This document shows positions 18,261 to 34,903 of a DNA stretch of 64,000 nucleotides, piece by piece (positions within the stretch are counted from its first letter, which is position 1; each line of letters starts with the position of its first letter). Under the pieces are notes generated by a model. The model was not told the DNA's origin, did not search any database, and saw only the letters and a program-made list of their open reading frames with translations. This DNA comes from the human T2T-CHM13v2.0 reference genome, Homo sapiens, in NCBI RefSeq assembly GCF_009914755.1, contig NC_060946.1; one strand, written 5' to 3'. The position numbers were made by a program, and so were the translations under genes.

Positions 18261-20708
18261 TGAGCTACGTGCTCAAAGCCACACAGCTCATAAGTGGCAA
18301 AGCTGGGGTTTGAACCTTAGAAGTCTGTGCCCTTACCCATCACAGCCTCATCCTTATCTCCTCCATTCCCTAGGGGACTTAACAGGTGTTGAAATTATTA
18401 CAGAGAAAGCTGACTCACTCACCAGGAATCTGATCCTGCTGTGGGCTGGCTTGGGTGGAGGTGTTCCTCCCGCCCCCGCACCCATCCTCCTGTTTGAACT
18501 CAGGCTGCTGCCTGCTGGGCCTGCCTGCCCTTGGAGCCCTGCTGAGCTCAGCCTGAGGCCTGGCTCCTCCAGGCTGGGGGAAAACCAGGCTTGCTGTGCT
18601 CGGCAGCAGAGATTCTTCTGGAGTGAGGTGAGCAGCTTGTTCTAGGTCCCCCCTGGTGTTCTCTTTGCAGACAAGAGGCAGAGGTATCAGGAGGCCCAGA
18701 GGGAACAGGGCTGCCTGGGCTCTTCCCATTTCTGGGCCCCGTGCTGTGGGGAACTTTCATTTTGAGTATCCCCAGACTTTTTGTTCCCCCTTTCTGAAAT
18801 GTTTCCTCTTTTCTGGTGATAAACATGGAAATTCCACCCCGAGTGCTGCGGTTCATGAAGGGGCACGTAGGCCCTTTGAGTCCAGTTGCTTAGAATACCT
18901 GTGGGTTTCCTTATTAAGTAGGAAGTAGAGGCTGAGAACGTCTGTGTTGTTACTGATGGCAGCCCCCCGGGGCAGGGCCAGGCATTGCTGGGCGCCCTCT
19001 CCTCCCTGAGTCTGCCTTCCGTAAACGGCCTGCAGTGGGGAAGGTGGGCCTCTGCTCAAGGCCCCGAGCTCCTAGGGGAACGGGTTCACCTTCAGGCCCA
19101 TCCAAGGCAGAGCCCTTTCCGGCTTCGGGGCCCCTGATATTTCTGGGCCCCCGACTGCATCCGCTCTGTTCCCACGGGTCCCTCCTGGGTGTTCTTGCTC
19201 ATGCTTGGGTTCATTTGAGCGCTGCCTCGCCCTCCGCCATCCTCTTCCTTCTCATGTGCGCTGTGTGCACCGGAGCCCGGCCGATGCTGATAGAATTTTT
19301 AAGTGTGCCGTGCAGCTTTCTGCACCTGGGCCTCTACTCCTTGCTGTGCTGGTTTGAAATGGGCCTTCTTTTATCAAACATTTTTACTAAACTAAAAAAT
19401 AAAATAGGCTTGCTGGCTCTAAGGCTTTCACCTAGATGAGGCGAGTGATGTTTATTGCAGTCGTCTGGATGAGCTCCTGATCCTTGGCTGAAAGCCATCA
19501 GTGGCTCGGGATGTGTGGAGAGGACAGGGCAGAGGACCCGGTCTTGGAAAGGGGGTGGGTCCCTTGGTGTCACTGTGGCTCTCTTAGGGGTGGCAGCTCC
19601 TCCGCGAGGGCTTGGTGCACCCGCTGCCCTTGTTTTCACGTGAATGTGTTTGGGGCGGGAGGCTAGCGAGTTGCCTGGGACTCCCTACATTATGCTGTTG
19701 GGGTCGGGAGTCAAGAGGAGATCTGGCCTTGCTTCTTTCCGAATACGGAAGGGATCTGGGAGGAAGAAAGGTTCAGAGACAACCACAGTTTTATAGAATC
19801 TATGACTATTTTCCTGCTCACGTCTGGGGCCTTGGGAGTTGCTTTCTCGGGGTGGAGGAAGAGCACAGAGCGCCACCTCTTCTGTTTTGAGACTGGGTCT
19901 GGCTGCTGCCAAGTTCTCAGGTTTATTGATGGTGCAGTAGGTGATTCCTGTGCGGCCACAGCTGCCTCCTGGAAGGGCTGGTAGAGGGTTGTTGGCTGTG
20001 GGCCGCATTTTGTTTTCTCTTAGAATTAATCTCTATAGTGAGTTAGTTTTGTGTTCCAAAACCAGTCACTAGAGCCACTGTAACAGCTTGTGCATCAGCC
20101 AGATGTGCCTGCCTCAGCCGTCATGCTTTTAAATAGCTGAGAGAAAAGGCCACCTTTACAGCAGCTCACTAGCTTTTAAGAGGGTGTCACCTAGCTGGGT
20201 TTTGTCGTGAGAGAATGTGCTGTGTTCTTGGAAGTTAATTCCTTCAAAGATACGGTGTACCTTTAAAATGCTTAATCATTCACACACGTGCACAGTGAGG
20301 AAGAGAATTAAATGGAACAAGCAGTTATGGGATGCGCTCTGTTTGCACATGAGGCCCTGGGGCGTGTGCAAAGGTGAGCCTGGTGTTACTCCTGCTACCG
20401 AGGGACTTCGTTTGCTGAGGGAGACAGACCAGCCAGGAGCTTCTGCCGCAAGGATGCTGGTGCCAAGCGGGCCACGGAGGGGCCAGGAAGCCCTGTGGCA
20501 GTATAGGCAAGGAAAGGGGAGTTTTCACTGAGGACATGAGATGACATTAAAGTGGACTTTGAAGGTTACCTGGGGTGTGGGGCGTGTTCTGTAGTCAGGG
20601 GCTGGGACAAGGCCTTCTTGGCACAGGGTGGCTTGAACACAGCCTGAGTGAGGAGGAGTACAGGGTGTGTTTGGGAGCCTGGCGGGTCGCTGGCTACCTG
20701 AGAACAGA

Positions 20709-20850
20709 GGTGTGCGTGGAAGTAGTGGGCACAGCTGTGGCTGTATGGTGGGATGGTGTGCGTGGAAGCAGTGGGCATAGTTGTGGCTGTGTTGGTGGGG
20801 TGGTATGGATGGAAGGAGTGGGCACAGCTGCGGCTGCGTGGTGGGATGGG
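20709..20850. repeat. Three diverged ~46 bp tandem copies (ggtgtgcgtggaagtagtgggcacagctgtggctgt...)
   Basis: Direct reading. Confidence 0.85.
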
Positions 20851-22186
20851 AGGTGAGGGTCAGTGTTCAGGATGGTGGCTGCAGGAGTTTTGGCTTGAGG
20901 CTCTTTTGTGTTTGGAGTAGGGAAGGTTTCTGAGCAGGAGTGACCTGATCAGACCTCCTGCTACTGTTTATTGACCTCTTGCTGTGTGCCAGAGACAGAG
21001 GCTCAGGTCAAGGAACTGGCCTGAGATTGCATGGGTAGGACGAGGCCAGCCAGGATGTCGGGTGAGAACCATGGCCGTGGGGAGGAGAGAGAGAGGAAGG
21101 GGACTGTCAGGAAGTGCTTGCAATTCAGTTAGTTCAGTAGATATTCAAAACGGACCCTGTGCCACACTTTGCAAAAGGTGGGAAAAAAGAGCCCTCCCGA
21201 GAGGGGATGTGTGAGCCGAGAGGGGCAGGAGGACACTGCACAGGCCTCATAGGACCTGAAGGCATACGAGTTCTTCCCCAAGGCCTGTAGGAAGACCTTG
21301 AAGGATGTTCAGCTGGGGAGTGACCCATCCTCTGATGGGCACAGGACGACAGAGCTGAGGCCAAACCCTGGGGCAGCCGGTGCAACTGTCATGTTCTTCT
21401 CAGGAGCAGGTGATGGGTCAGGGCCAGGGCTGATGGACAGGAGAAGAGAGATGTGTGGGAGGTTTCCAAGGTGACCTAGAGGATGTGGAGACGTGGGTGG
21501 GTGGTGTGCTTCAGGGAGGAGACGAGGCTGACCCTCCTGTTGGTGGATGGCAGTTCTGGAGGTGGTCACAGGAGATACATGGTCAGAATGAGAGAAAATG
21601 GAGCCCCGATTTAAGTTAGTGGGACAGAGGGTTTTCGATGCCAGGACATGGGCCCAGTGAGAGCCAGGGGCCGCCAGAAGAGGGCTCGAGGGAGAGGTAC
21701 GAGGCAGGGATGAGCACATTGTCTATTTTTGTGTGACTGGTAGAGAGTGATGTTGTCCAAGGGTGGGGACCGAAGAGTGGGTGTGAGGAGTGGCCGGTGG
21801 GGCACAGCTGATTTTTTGGGGGAACCCGTTGACGTGAGGTGGTGGATTCGTGGCTGAGAGTTGGCAGTGGTTTTGCTTGGAGGCACGTGTTTGAGAACCG
21901 TTTACTCGGGTGGAGGAGGTCAGGAGAGAGCATGATTTTTCATAAGAGAAGGAAGGAGGACTGAGGACTCGGCTTTGGGGAGCAGAGTTGGGAACACACA
22001 GAAGAGTCTGGGGCATGCAGAGAGGCTGGCAGGAGGCAGAGGAGGGAGCAAGAAGAAAGAGCTCAGTGTGGTGAGTCCTGAGGGGAAGCTGGGCAGGGCC
22101 AGGATTGAGTGAGAAGCAGCAAGAAGGAGAGAGGGGAAATGGGCCTCGGTGATGGCTGGCTGCCAGGGTGGCGGAGCCGCTCCGAA

Positions 22187-23758
<1,572 letters not shown>

Positions 23759-23776
23759 TCTCTGTGTTGGACAATT

Positions 23777-23955
23777 TCTTTCTTTCTTTTTTTTAAAGGT
23801 GCCCACCACCACACCCGGCTAATGTTTGTATTTTTAGTAGAGACGGGGTTTCACCATGTTGGCCAGGCTGGTCTCGAACTCCTGACCTCAGGTGATCTGC
23901 CCGCCTCGGCCTCCCAAAGAGCTGGAATTACAGACGTGAGCCACAGCGCCTGGCC
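23777..23955 (-). mobile_element. Partial AluS (most of right arm missing)
   Basis: T-run joined directly to linker and left arm. Confidence 0.85.
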
Positions 23956-25532
23956 AGGACAATTTCAAAATACTTCCATTTCCTTCATATTTTCTGTTTT
24001 CTATAATAAACACACATTGCTTTTGTTATGTGCGGGAAAAAATCATTGTAAAAATGCTGTTTCCAAGACCTATTTCCAGAGATGTCCGTTTGACCCAGTA
24101 ATTGCCTCAGCCCCTACTGGGTTCTCAGTGCTCCGAGGGCTGTGAGGAGTGTGACATGAGACAAAATGCAGCCCCTGTAGCAGGGAGTTTGTGGTCCAGA
24201 AGCAGCACCACATAGCTGGGAGCCTTGCAGGACAGCGTATGTGTTGCTGCCAGTCAGAGTGGTGTGGGTGTCGGGGCGGGACAGCCCTCGGAGACCCTCT
24301 GGTTTGGGTCTCAGGTACCACATGTTTCTGCTGTTGACCCTCGGGGTGGGCACAAGTTTCAGATTATGCTGTGGACGGAGGGGATGGTGGAATTGTTCAC
24401 TGTTGCCATGATGGTTTTTCGTACATTTTTCCTCCAAAGCTCCTAGAGTTAATTTCCTTGGAAAATTTACTTCTGAATATATTTTATAAATCTGGGGAGT
24501 ATCACCATGTCTTAGAATGAGCTGAGTGGTAAATTCAGTTGCCAATTTGAGTACGTATTTCAGAAAGCTGCTATTGACCCCTAAGGGGGCACTGAATAAT
24601 GACTGTGCTTGGAGAAGAGAGGTTGATTAGCCATCAAATGAATTTGACTAGATGACTTGCCTGTTTACTTCATATATGTGAAATACAGAGAAGCATTTAA
24701 TCGTAAATGTTTCATTTATTTTATGATCCTGAGAACATTGCAGCTGGATTTATTGCTTTTCCATACTTTTATTTTCTTTCACTCTTCCCTGTTTCCCTCA
24801 CTGCTATTTTCACCTACTGCTGTTTAACCTTCAATTAAAAAAAAAAAAGCTGTTCTGATACACCATCAGGTTTGTTTGAAAAGAGCACCTTGGTGTAGAG
24901 GCTTCAAATTCAAACCAGAAAAACATTCTGCAGGATCTGCCAGGGAGAGCTGCCTCCTGTCAAAACCCAGCGGCCTTGCAGCGTTGGCCAGAGTCGCTCT
25001 GTCCCTCTTGACTCTGACTTGTCTCTTCCTGCTTCAGAGTCACTTGTATCCTCATGGATTAGCTGCCTTCACTGAGGCGGCCCAAGGACAGGGAGAGGGA
25101 CTCTCGCTTGTTCACTGTCAGCTTTCCAGGACCAGCCCGGGCCTGGTGTGGAGCAGGTGCCCAGTCAGTGTTTGTTGAGTGACTTGAATGGAGAAACATA
25201 ACGCAGCGTAGTCAGTAGAAGCTGAAGACATCTGTGTTGCACGCTGCTGTCAGGCAAGGACCAAGTTGGAGGCCTTAGCTATCCAGAAGTAGATTCTCAG
25301 CAAGTATTGGATTTTAGTATTTTGTTTATTGTTTTTTTAAATTTAAGCTTTTCTGAATCATGTTGTAAAGACAGCTCTGGGCACAGTCCTGAAGAGTTGG
25401 TGTTGATGTCAGGGACCCATTCTCTTTCTCTTGGGCATTTCCCCCTGCCCCGACCCCCACAACTGACCAGTGTCTCCAGCCTGTTCTTATGCCGTGACCC
25501 CTCTGCTCTTCTCCCTGGAGGTGCCCTCCCAA

Positions 25533-25886
<354 letters not shown>

Positions 25887-26450
25887 TAGACCTTAGTTTA
25901 CCTGCCTCGCCTGCCATGGGTGTCCTCGGGTTCCCCTTACGAGTGGTGGCATTGCAGTTGCATCTCCCTGTGCCTATGCTGAAAAGGGGAGCTTTGGCCA
26001 CAATTCTGAGGGCTGTTTTTGGGGAGGGCATGGGGAGGTCTTTTTGGTTGGGGGTCTTCTCCAGGGCACAGCCTCTTGGGGCATCTCTCTGCCGGCCCCT
26101 CCCTGGCCTGCCCCGGAGTATCTTGTCCCTTGTGCACATTGTTCCACTTTCACCTGTGTGCGGCCTCTCCTGTCGTGGGTTAGAGTCTGTGACCCTTCAT
26201 CAGTGTTTGCTCATGCCCTCTTCCATCTGAGAGCCCCGGCTGTGTGTTTGTAGGATCAGCAGGATGTGTACCCATTGACCAGAACACCCAACTAATGGCC
26301 CCTGCCTTGCTCACTACTAACCAGTTAGTCCTCCTCAAGTTTGGGGGCGATGAAATCTGTCATTTTCATGTGAAGCATGCTGAAGTGTGTTGTTCTGTGG
26401 TGATTTACGCTACAAACTTGTCATTCATGGTGGGACAAGTGGACTTGGAC

Positions 26451-26750
26451 TTCTTCTTCTTATTATTATTGAGATGGAGTCTCACTCTGTCGCCTAGGCT
26501 GGTGTGCAGTGGCACGATCTCGGCTCACTGCAACCTCCGCCTCCTGGGTTCAAGTGATTCTTCTGCCTCAGCCTCCTGGGTAGCTGGGACTACAGGCGTG
26601 CGCCATCACACCCAGCTAATTCTTGTATTTTTAGTAGAGACGAGGTTTCACCATGTTGGCCAGGATGGTCTCCATCTCTTGACCTTGTGATCTGCCTGCC
26701 TCGGCCTCTCAAAGTGCTGAGATTACAGGCCTGAGCCACCGTGCCCAGCC
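26451..26750 (-). mobile_element. AluS SINE
   Basis: Full dimer, TSD ggacttggactt. Confidence 0.95.
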
Positions 26751-26877
26751 GGACTTGGACTTATTTAAAGGTTGAATGAATGAGGCTGGTCAGCCATCTC
26801 GAGCCTTCCCTTCCATGACGTCCCGGCCTTCCTGGGACACAATGGGGTCAGGGAGGGGGCCCTTCCTTTCCTCCCTT

Positions 26878-27630
26878 CCATCTTTGTGGAGATACCACGT
26901 ACATACCACACCGTTCGCCCATTTAAAGTGCTTGGTGTTTTTAGTATATTCACAGTTAGGCAGTCATTACTACAGTCAGTTTTAGAAAAATTTCATCACC
27001 ACAGAGAGCAACGCTGTACCTGTTAGCATTCACTTCCCATTCTCTCCTCCCCACCCTTGGCAACCATGGGGCTGCTATCTGGCTTCAGGGATTTGCCTGT
27101 TCTGGATGTTGCATGTCGGTGGAATCATACAGTATGCGGCCTTTTGCGTCTCTCAGCTTCATGTTGTCAGGATTCACCCATGCTGTGTTGCGTACCAAGA
27201 CTTCATTCCCTTTATGACCTAATATTACTCCATTGTGTGGTTAGGCCACGTTGTATTGACCCATTCATCAGCTGGTGGACATTTGCCTTCATTCTTTGGC
27301 TGTTATGGTTAATGCTGTACAAGGTTTTGGTGTGGATGTGTATTTTCATTTCTCTTGGGTATCTACCTCCGAGTGGAATTGATGGGTCATGCGATAACTC
27401 CATGTAACCTTCTGAGGACCTGCCAAACTGTTTTCCACAGCAGCTGCCCATTTTTAATTTCCCGCTAGCAGTGTGTGAGGTCCCGGTCTCTCTGCATCCT
27501 CACCATCACGCTTTAGCGTCTTTTTCATTTCTGCCATTCTGCTGGGTGTGAAGTGGTATCCGATGGTGGTTTTGATTTGTGTTTCTCTGATCGCTAATGA
27601 TACTGAGCTTACTTTTTGAAAGATTTCTGT
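26878..27630 (-). mobile_element. L1MB-like 3' fragment
   Basis: 'cccatttaaagtg...ggaatcatacagtatg...gagtggaatt...ccaaactgttttccacagc...gttttgatttg'. Confidence 0.8.
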
Positions 27631-28450
27631 TTACAGTGTCAAAAGAATGGGCAGACTTAGAGTTATCAGCACTGTGCCCCCAGGAGTCCTCCATGTTTTG
27701 ACCCTTCTGGAGAGTAAGGCGGTGCTCCAGCAGTGTGCCCGTGTCCAGGCCACGCACACCTCACCTTCACAGAGCCAGAGCGATCTTTAAAAAACTAGAA
27801 AGCGTTTCAGACATTCAGAAAGGGCACACAGGCTGATGTAATACAGAACACACCGTATCTCCATCCAGCATGGGAAAGAGGACAGCGCACACACGCAGTT
27901 GATGCCGCTGTGGGGTCTTTGCCTGAACTCAGCTGCTCCCTCCACCCATTCTGAGTTTTGTGTTTCCATTCCCATGTGTGCAGGAGCAGTTTTTTTTACC
28001 ACTCATGTGTATCAAAAGTGATATATAGTATCATTTCGCATTTAAAAAATTTTTTTAAAGGATGCCACACTGTCAACTTGCTCTCCTCTTTAGTGTTTTG
28101 TTGATGACATTTATTTGGATTGGTTCTGGTGGTTCTAGTTCATTCACATCTGCTATGGTTAGTATTCCATTATATGTATGTATTCTGGCTTATGCATTAT
28201 TCAGTCAATGGGCATCTAGGTTTATCTCAAAAAAATTTTTTTTATCTTTTTTAGCATTATAGACATTGCTGAGCTCATCTCCTGTGTGCTTGTGCAAGGG
28301 TTTTCTAGGTCGTCTATCAAGAAGTGGAATTACGTCATATGCATCTGCTTTTCATAAGGAATCACTAGGGTTCTCTTTAATAAAAAACAGTAGATTACTG
28401 CAGTGTTTCAAAGCAGTTTAATTCATTAAAAAGTTTATTGACTAATATCC

Positions 28451-28756
28451 TTTTTTTGGTATACAAAGTCTTGCTTTGTTGCCCAGGCTGGAGTGCAGTG
28501 GTGCGATCACAGCTCACTGCAACCTCAATCTCCTGGGCTCATGTGATCCATCTACTTTAGCCTTGTGAGTGGCAGGGGCTCCAGGTACATGCCACTGTGC
28601 CTGGCTAAGTTATTTTTTTGGTAGAGATGGGGTCTCACTATGTTGCCCAGGCTAGTCTTGAACTCCTGGTCTCAAGTGATCCGCCTGCCTGGTCTCAAGT
28701 GATCCGCCAGCCTCCCAAAGTGCTGGGATTACAGGTGTGAGCCACCATACCTGGCT
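28451..28756 (-). mobile_element. AluJ-like SINE with 21 bp internal duplication (cctggtctcaagtgatccgcc x2)
   Basis: Direct reading. Confidence 0.9.
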
Positions 28757-29819
28757 GGTTAATATACTTTTTTAAAGACAGATTTCATTATCTGAATTGA
28801 GGTAGGTGGGTATGTTGCCACATATTCTTTTAAAATATCTTTAGTTGTAGTCTGCTTTTCTTTTTAGCTATGCAAAATCAAATAAAAGTGCAATTTTGAT
28901 TAGATAAAATGGGGTTCCTTTAGTCTCAGTTGAACTTTGTTGGAACATTTTTTGTTTAGTAAACAAAAATGGTTTGCCTATGAAGAATTTATGAATTTCC
29001 GGCTGTCCCGGGAGGAAAAGCCTGTGGCCTGTGATAATGTTGCAGAGACTTTTTTTTTAAAAAGGACATGCAAATAGTGGCCAGTAGGCCAAGAAGCATG
29101 CTGGTTTTGAGCAATAGAGATACATTGGGAAATGATAGGAAGAATGTAAACGTTCATATACAGAGAGATTGATAATATTGATAAACGCTATTTGTAGGTC
29201 ATGTCCCAGTATTCAGATTTCTGTGATATACGGTTATCTCATTTCATACATGTTCTTATTCCCATTTCCAGGATGAGAAAACGAAAACTCAGAGTACTTA
29301 CTTGGTTAAAACTTTACCAGCTAGTAAGTGTTGGAGCTGGGCCTTGAACCCGAGCCTTTGATTTTTAAACCTGAAAGCTTTCTACCAATGTCAGAGAGAC
29401 ATCCAAGACATTTCAGGAAAAGGACATGACAGATAGATTGTGCTTGATCTAAGCAGGCTGTATCTTTTTCCCACCCCCTGGCATAGAGCAAGCATTTGAT
29501 TCTGCTCATAGGGTTTGTGGGTCAGAAATTCACATGGGGCACAGTGGGATGTCTTGTCTCTTCTCCATGATGTCTGGGGCCTCACTAGGAAGACTCGAGG
29601 GCTGGGGCTGGAATTATAAGAGGGCTGATTCACTGACTTGTCTAGCAGTGATGCAGGCTGTCCACTGGGCCTTCAGCTAGTGCTGTGGGTTGTAATGTGT
29701 ACATATGGGAGATCCTTGTGGCTAATTTTGGCATCTTCAGAGAATGGGTAGCTGGGTTCCAAGAGCGGGAACCCAAGAGGACCAGGTAAAAGCTGTATTG
29801 ACTTTAAAACATTATAACA

Positions 29820-31700
29820 TCTTCCCTGAGATACAGATAGAACACAATTCACCCACAATAGCCTTCACCCATTTAAAGTATATAATGCAGTGGTTTTTTT
29901 AGTGTCTTCAAAGTGTTGTGTAACTATCACCACAATCAATTTTAGAGCATGTTTATTGCCTCTAGAAAACCTCGTGTGTCCTTTAACTATCACCCCTGCC
30001 TTCCTCCCTGTTCTAGTCCCCAAGTAACCACTAATCTACGTTCTCTGTATGTAGAATTGTCTATTCTAGGGATTTCAAATAAATGGAATAATATAATGTG
30101 CATTTCTTTGGTAATTATCTTCTTTCACTGAGCATAATATTTTCAAGATTGATCTACGTTGTAGCTTGTATCACTACTTTTGTTTTGAGACAAGGTCCTG
30201 CTCTGTTGCCCAGGCTAGAGAGTGCAGTTTTGCCAACATGGCTCACTGCAGCCTTGATCTCAACCTCCTGGGCTCAAGTGATTCTCCTGCTTCAGCCTGC
30301 CATGTAGCTGGGACCACAGACATGCATCATCATGCCTGGTTAATTTTTTGATTTTTTGTAGAGATCAAGGTCTCACTTTGTTGCCCAGACTGGTCTTTAA
30401 CTCCTGGGCTCAAGTTATTCTCCCCACCTTGGCCTCCCAAAGTGCTGGATTACAGGCATGAGCCACCTCTCATCCTTGTCTTTTTCCTGAGCTTAGGGGC
30501 AAAATATTCAGCCTTTCACCATTAAGTGTGATGTTAACTATGAGTTTTTTGTAGATATCCTTTATCAGGATGAAGATTACCTTTAATTCCTAGTTTGTTG
30601 ATAATTTTTATAATGAATGAGTATTGAATTTTATCATATGCTTTTTCTGCATCTATTTAGATGATCATGTGGTTTTTGTCCTTTATGCTATTAATATAGT
30701 GTATTGCACTAATTGATTTTTGGTTATTAAACCAACCTTGCATTTCTTGGATAAATTCCACTTGATTATGATACGTAATCCCTTTTTATGTGTTGTTGGA
30801 TTTGGTTTGCTAGTATTTTGGGTTTTTACGTGTATATTCATAAGAGATACTGGTTTGTAGTTTTCTTTCTTTGTGATATCTTTGCTTGATTTTGGTATCA
30901 CGGTAGTACTTGCCTCATAGAATGAGTTGGGAAATATTACCTCCTTTTCTAGGTTTTGGAAGGATTTATGAAGAATTGGTATTAATTCTTCTTTATCTAT
31001 TTGGTAGAATTTACCAGTGAATCCCTCTGGGCTTGGACTTTTCTTTGTGCGTAGTGTTTTGATTACTAATTTAGTCTCTTTATTTTTATTTTTTATTTTT
31101 TTGAGACAGGATCTTGCTCTGTTGCCCACACTTAAGCGCAGTAGTGCCGTCATAGGTCACTGTAACCTCAAATTCCTGGGCTCAAGTGATCCTCCCACGT
31201 CAGCCTTCTGAGTAGCTGGGACTACAGGTGTGTGCCACCATGCCCACTAGTTTTTTGGTTTTTAATAGATGAGGTCTTGCTTTGTTGGCCAGGCTGGTCT
31301 TGAACTCCTGGGGTTCAAGTGATCCTCCCACCTTGGCTTCCCAAAGTGCTTGATTACAAGCGTGAGCCAGTGTGCCCGGCCTCTAATTCAGCCTCTTTCC
31401 ATGTTATGTATCTAGTCATATTTCCTCCTGCTCCTTGAGTAATTTTCAGTTGTGTGTATCTTTCTGGGAATTTGCGCATTGTATCTAATTAATTTTATTT
31501 GTTGGTGTACAGTTGTTCATAATATTCTCATAATTCTTTTTATTTCTGTAAGGTTGATAATAATGTCTTTTCCATCATGTCTGACTTTAGTAATTTAAGT
31601 CTTCTCTTTTTTCTTTTAGTCAGTCTAGCCAAAGGTTTGTCAATTTTATTCATCTACTCAGAGAACCATCTCTTGGTTTTGTTCATTTTCCTTATATTTA
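29820..31700 (-). mobile_element. Old L1M fragments (3' UTR and ORF2 remnants) with AluJ inserts at 30178-30470 and 31081-31382
   Basis: ORF 30683-31153(-) includes '[14 protein letters not shown]...PNSFYEAS...[11 protein letters not shown]', an L1 ORF2 motif. Confidence 0.85.
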
Positions 31701-32284
31701 AGGAAACAACCAGACCAGCAGCTTTCTGTGTCTCCGTGGAGTCCTGCTATGGTTCTGGGAGTTGCCTCTCCTCTCTTTCTGTCGAGTGGCCCGGCCAGTG
31801 CATGTGGCGGCTCCTGCGTCTCCCCTTCACCAGAGTAGCTCTGCCTTTACCTGTTTGGCATTTCCATGTAACATTTCTTTTGAAAAGTTGGTTTACTGCT
31901 AAAGTACTGGCTTTCATACAGTGAAACCCCACAGAACAAAACTGGAGCTGCGTGCATTAACATTGATACATAAAGAACAATCTTGAGGGAACATCTAGTT
32001 GCAAAGGTACATATGTATGAAATGATAACAGTGTAAACTTTGCAAATGTGCAGAATAATACTGTATGTTGCCCAGAGATCCACGTCTCTTCCATAATAGT
32101 ATAAACTCTTACATGGAAATGGAAAATGTCAAATACAGGTTGGTAGCCACCTCAGAGGAGGCAGGTAGAGAACCAGAATGGGGAGGGTTTCAACTCTATT
32201 ATATGACAAAATGTTGGAATTTGGGGGAAGTGAATCTCTGGGTGGTGTCTGTGTGGTTATTCCTTATGTCCTATATGTCACTAA

Positions 32285-32632
<348 letters not shown>

Positions 32633-33514
32633 GGCAGGCTACTTTCTTAAGCTTTCTGTCCCTCAGTTTTTCCACCTTTTGAATGGGAAGAGTAATGATA
32701 TCTGCCTTATTGGGTTGCAAAGATTAAAGGACTTAACACATTGAGAGTTTAAAATAATGCTCATCTCTGTTAGCTACTACTATTATTCTCTATGCTTTAT
32801 TGCTTGCAGTATTGATAGTAAAAAAGAAACGGCATGTTGAGCAAATCTGGAGGCTGTTGAAAGTGGTTGGAGCTGAGCAGTGGCACGTGGCATGGTGGTC
32901 ACAGGGCTGTTCCTTCACTTTTCTGTGTGTTTCATTCCTTTGGTAAAAGTATCCAGCACCAGCCCCACTGGGACCCGCCTGTGGTTCATGCCACAGGGCG
33001 TCTGTGTCCTCAGCACCCAGGACAGTGCCTGCCTCGTAGGTCCTTCCTGGTTGAGAGGAGGGATCAGCGCTTTGCTTTCAGGTCATCTTCAGTTTGAAAC
33101 TGAAACTCACTCTGATGTATGCAGAAATAAATGTGATGTTTTCATCTGGATGCTGACTTTAGAATTTTCTTCTGAAATCATATATTTCTCCTTATTGGCT
33201 TTTTTTTGGGAAGGAGAAGTCATAACAAACCCTTCAAGGGGCCAGACTCTTTTGAATTCCTTTCTCTTCTCTGGGTTTCCAGTCTTCCTCTGTGGAGTGA
33301 GGGGTGGGACTGGGCTCCTGGGCCTTTGAAGGAAGGCCGGGTGTGGGCTCATGTTTCTGCTTGCTGTGGTGACAGGCCCTTGGCTGCCACTTTGATGTCC
33401 CACTGATTCCACTGCTCCTGGCCTTCAGATCAGGTACGTGCTGTTTTGTTTGTCTCAACCTTCTGCCAGCCACTTTTCCTAGTTCTAAGTGTGATTTTTT
33501 TTCTTAAGGAATCT

Positions 33515-33820
<306 letters not shown>

Positions 33821-34417
33821 TAGGAATCATCATAGAACAGTCAAAATGCCAGTTGAAGTTTTGCTTTTGTGAGTAAACTGTAAGGGCCGGAATAGTTTGG
33901 ATGTGTTGTGCTTACCTTTGCCTCCCCAGTGCCCTGTCCGAGAGTCAGTATCAAAAAAATGTTTGTCAAGTTTTGCTGAAAAATCTTAGAATATAAAAGT
34001 GAACATTTGGTATAATTAATATGTTGTGCTGCAGGCATAGGAATGGGATACTGAATAGAAACTGAGTGGGAAACTGAAAAATGACCCAATGTAATATTTT
34101 AACATTAAAGATGATGTTCTCAAAGCAGTGGGTGAAAGGAGAGGTTACTGAATAAATGACATTTGAACCCTTCTTTATTTTTTTTTAAAGTTTCCTACTA
34201 AACACTATATAGCAAAATAAAATAAATTCTAGGTGGATTGAAAACTTAAGGGTAGGAACGAGCCCTCTAGAAGGATTGAACTAGCACACGGCAATGTTTA
34301 TGCACTCTCAGAAGGGTCAGGCCTTTCCAAGTGTCGTCCCCAAAGTGGAGTCACGAGGAAAGGACACAAGAGTGGCTCAGCCTCCCAGACCAAGGAAAAC
34401 AGATTGGCCACCGCCAT

Positions 34418-34903
34418 TGTCTTTCTGTGACTGCTCTAGCAAATCATCACAAACTTACTGGCTTACAGCAAACATGGTATCCTAGAGTTCTAGAATTTGC
34501 AAGTCTGATGTGGGTCTCGCTGGGCTAACACCAAGGTGTTGGCGGGGCTGGTTCCTTCTGGAAGCTCCAGGGGAGAGCGTTTTCCCTGCTCTCTCCAGCT
34601 CCAGGAAGCCGCCCACGTTCCTTGGCATACAGCCCCCTTTCTCCACGTACAGAGTCAGCCATGTTGCATTTGTGTGACCTTCCGCGGTCTCTTCTGCTCT
34701 GACCACAGCCAGGAAGGTTCTCTGCTTTTGAGTACTCATGATTAGATTGTGCCCATCCGGATTGCCCAGGATGGTCTCCCACCTCATTCGTATTCTTAAT
34801 TGCATCTGCAAAGTCCCCTTTGCCATGTAAGGTGACGTAGTCACAGGTTCTGGGCATTAGGATGTGGACGTCTTGGGTGGGGGCCGTTATTCTGCTGACC
34901 ACA
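34418..34903 (-). mobile_element. MLT1D-like MaLR LTR within old L1M sequence
   Basis: 'atctgcaaagtccccttt gccatgtaaggtgac...ttattctgctgaccaca'. Confidence 0.85.
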
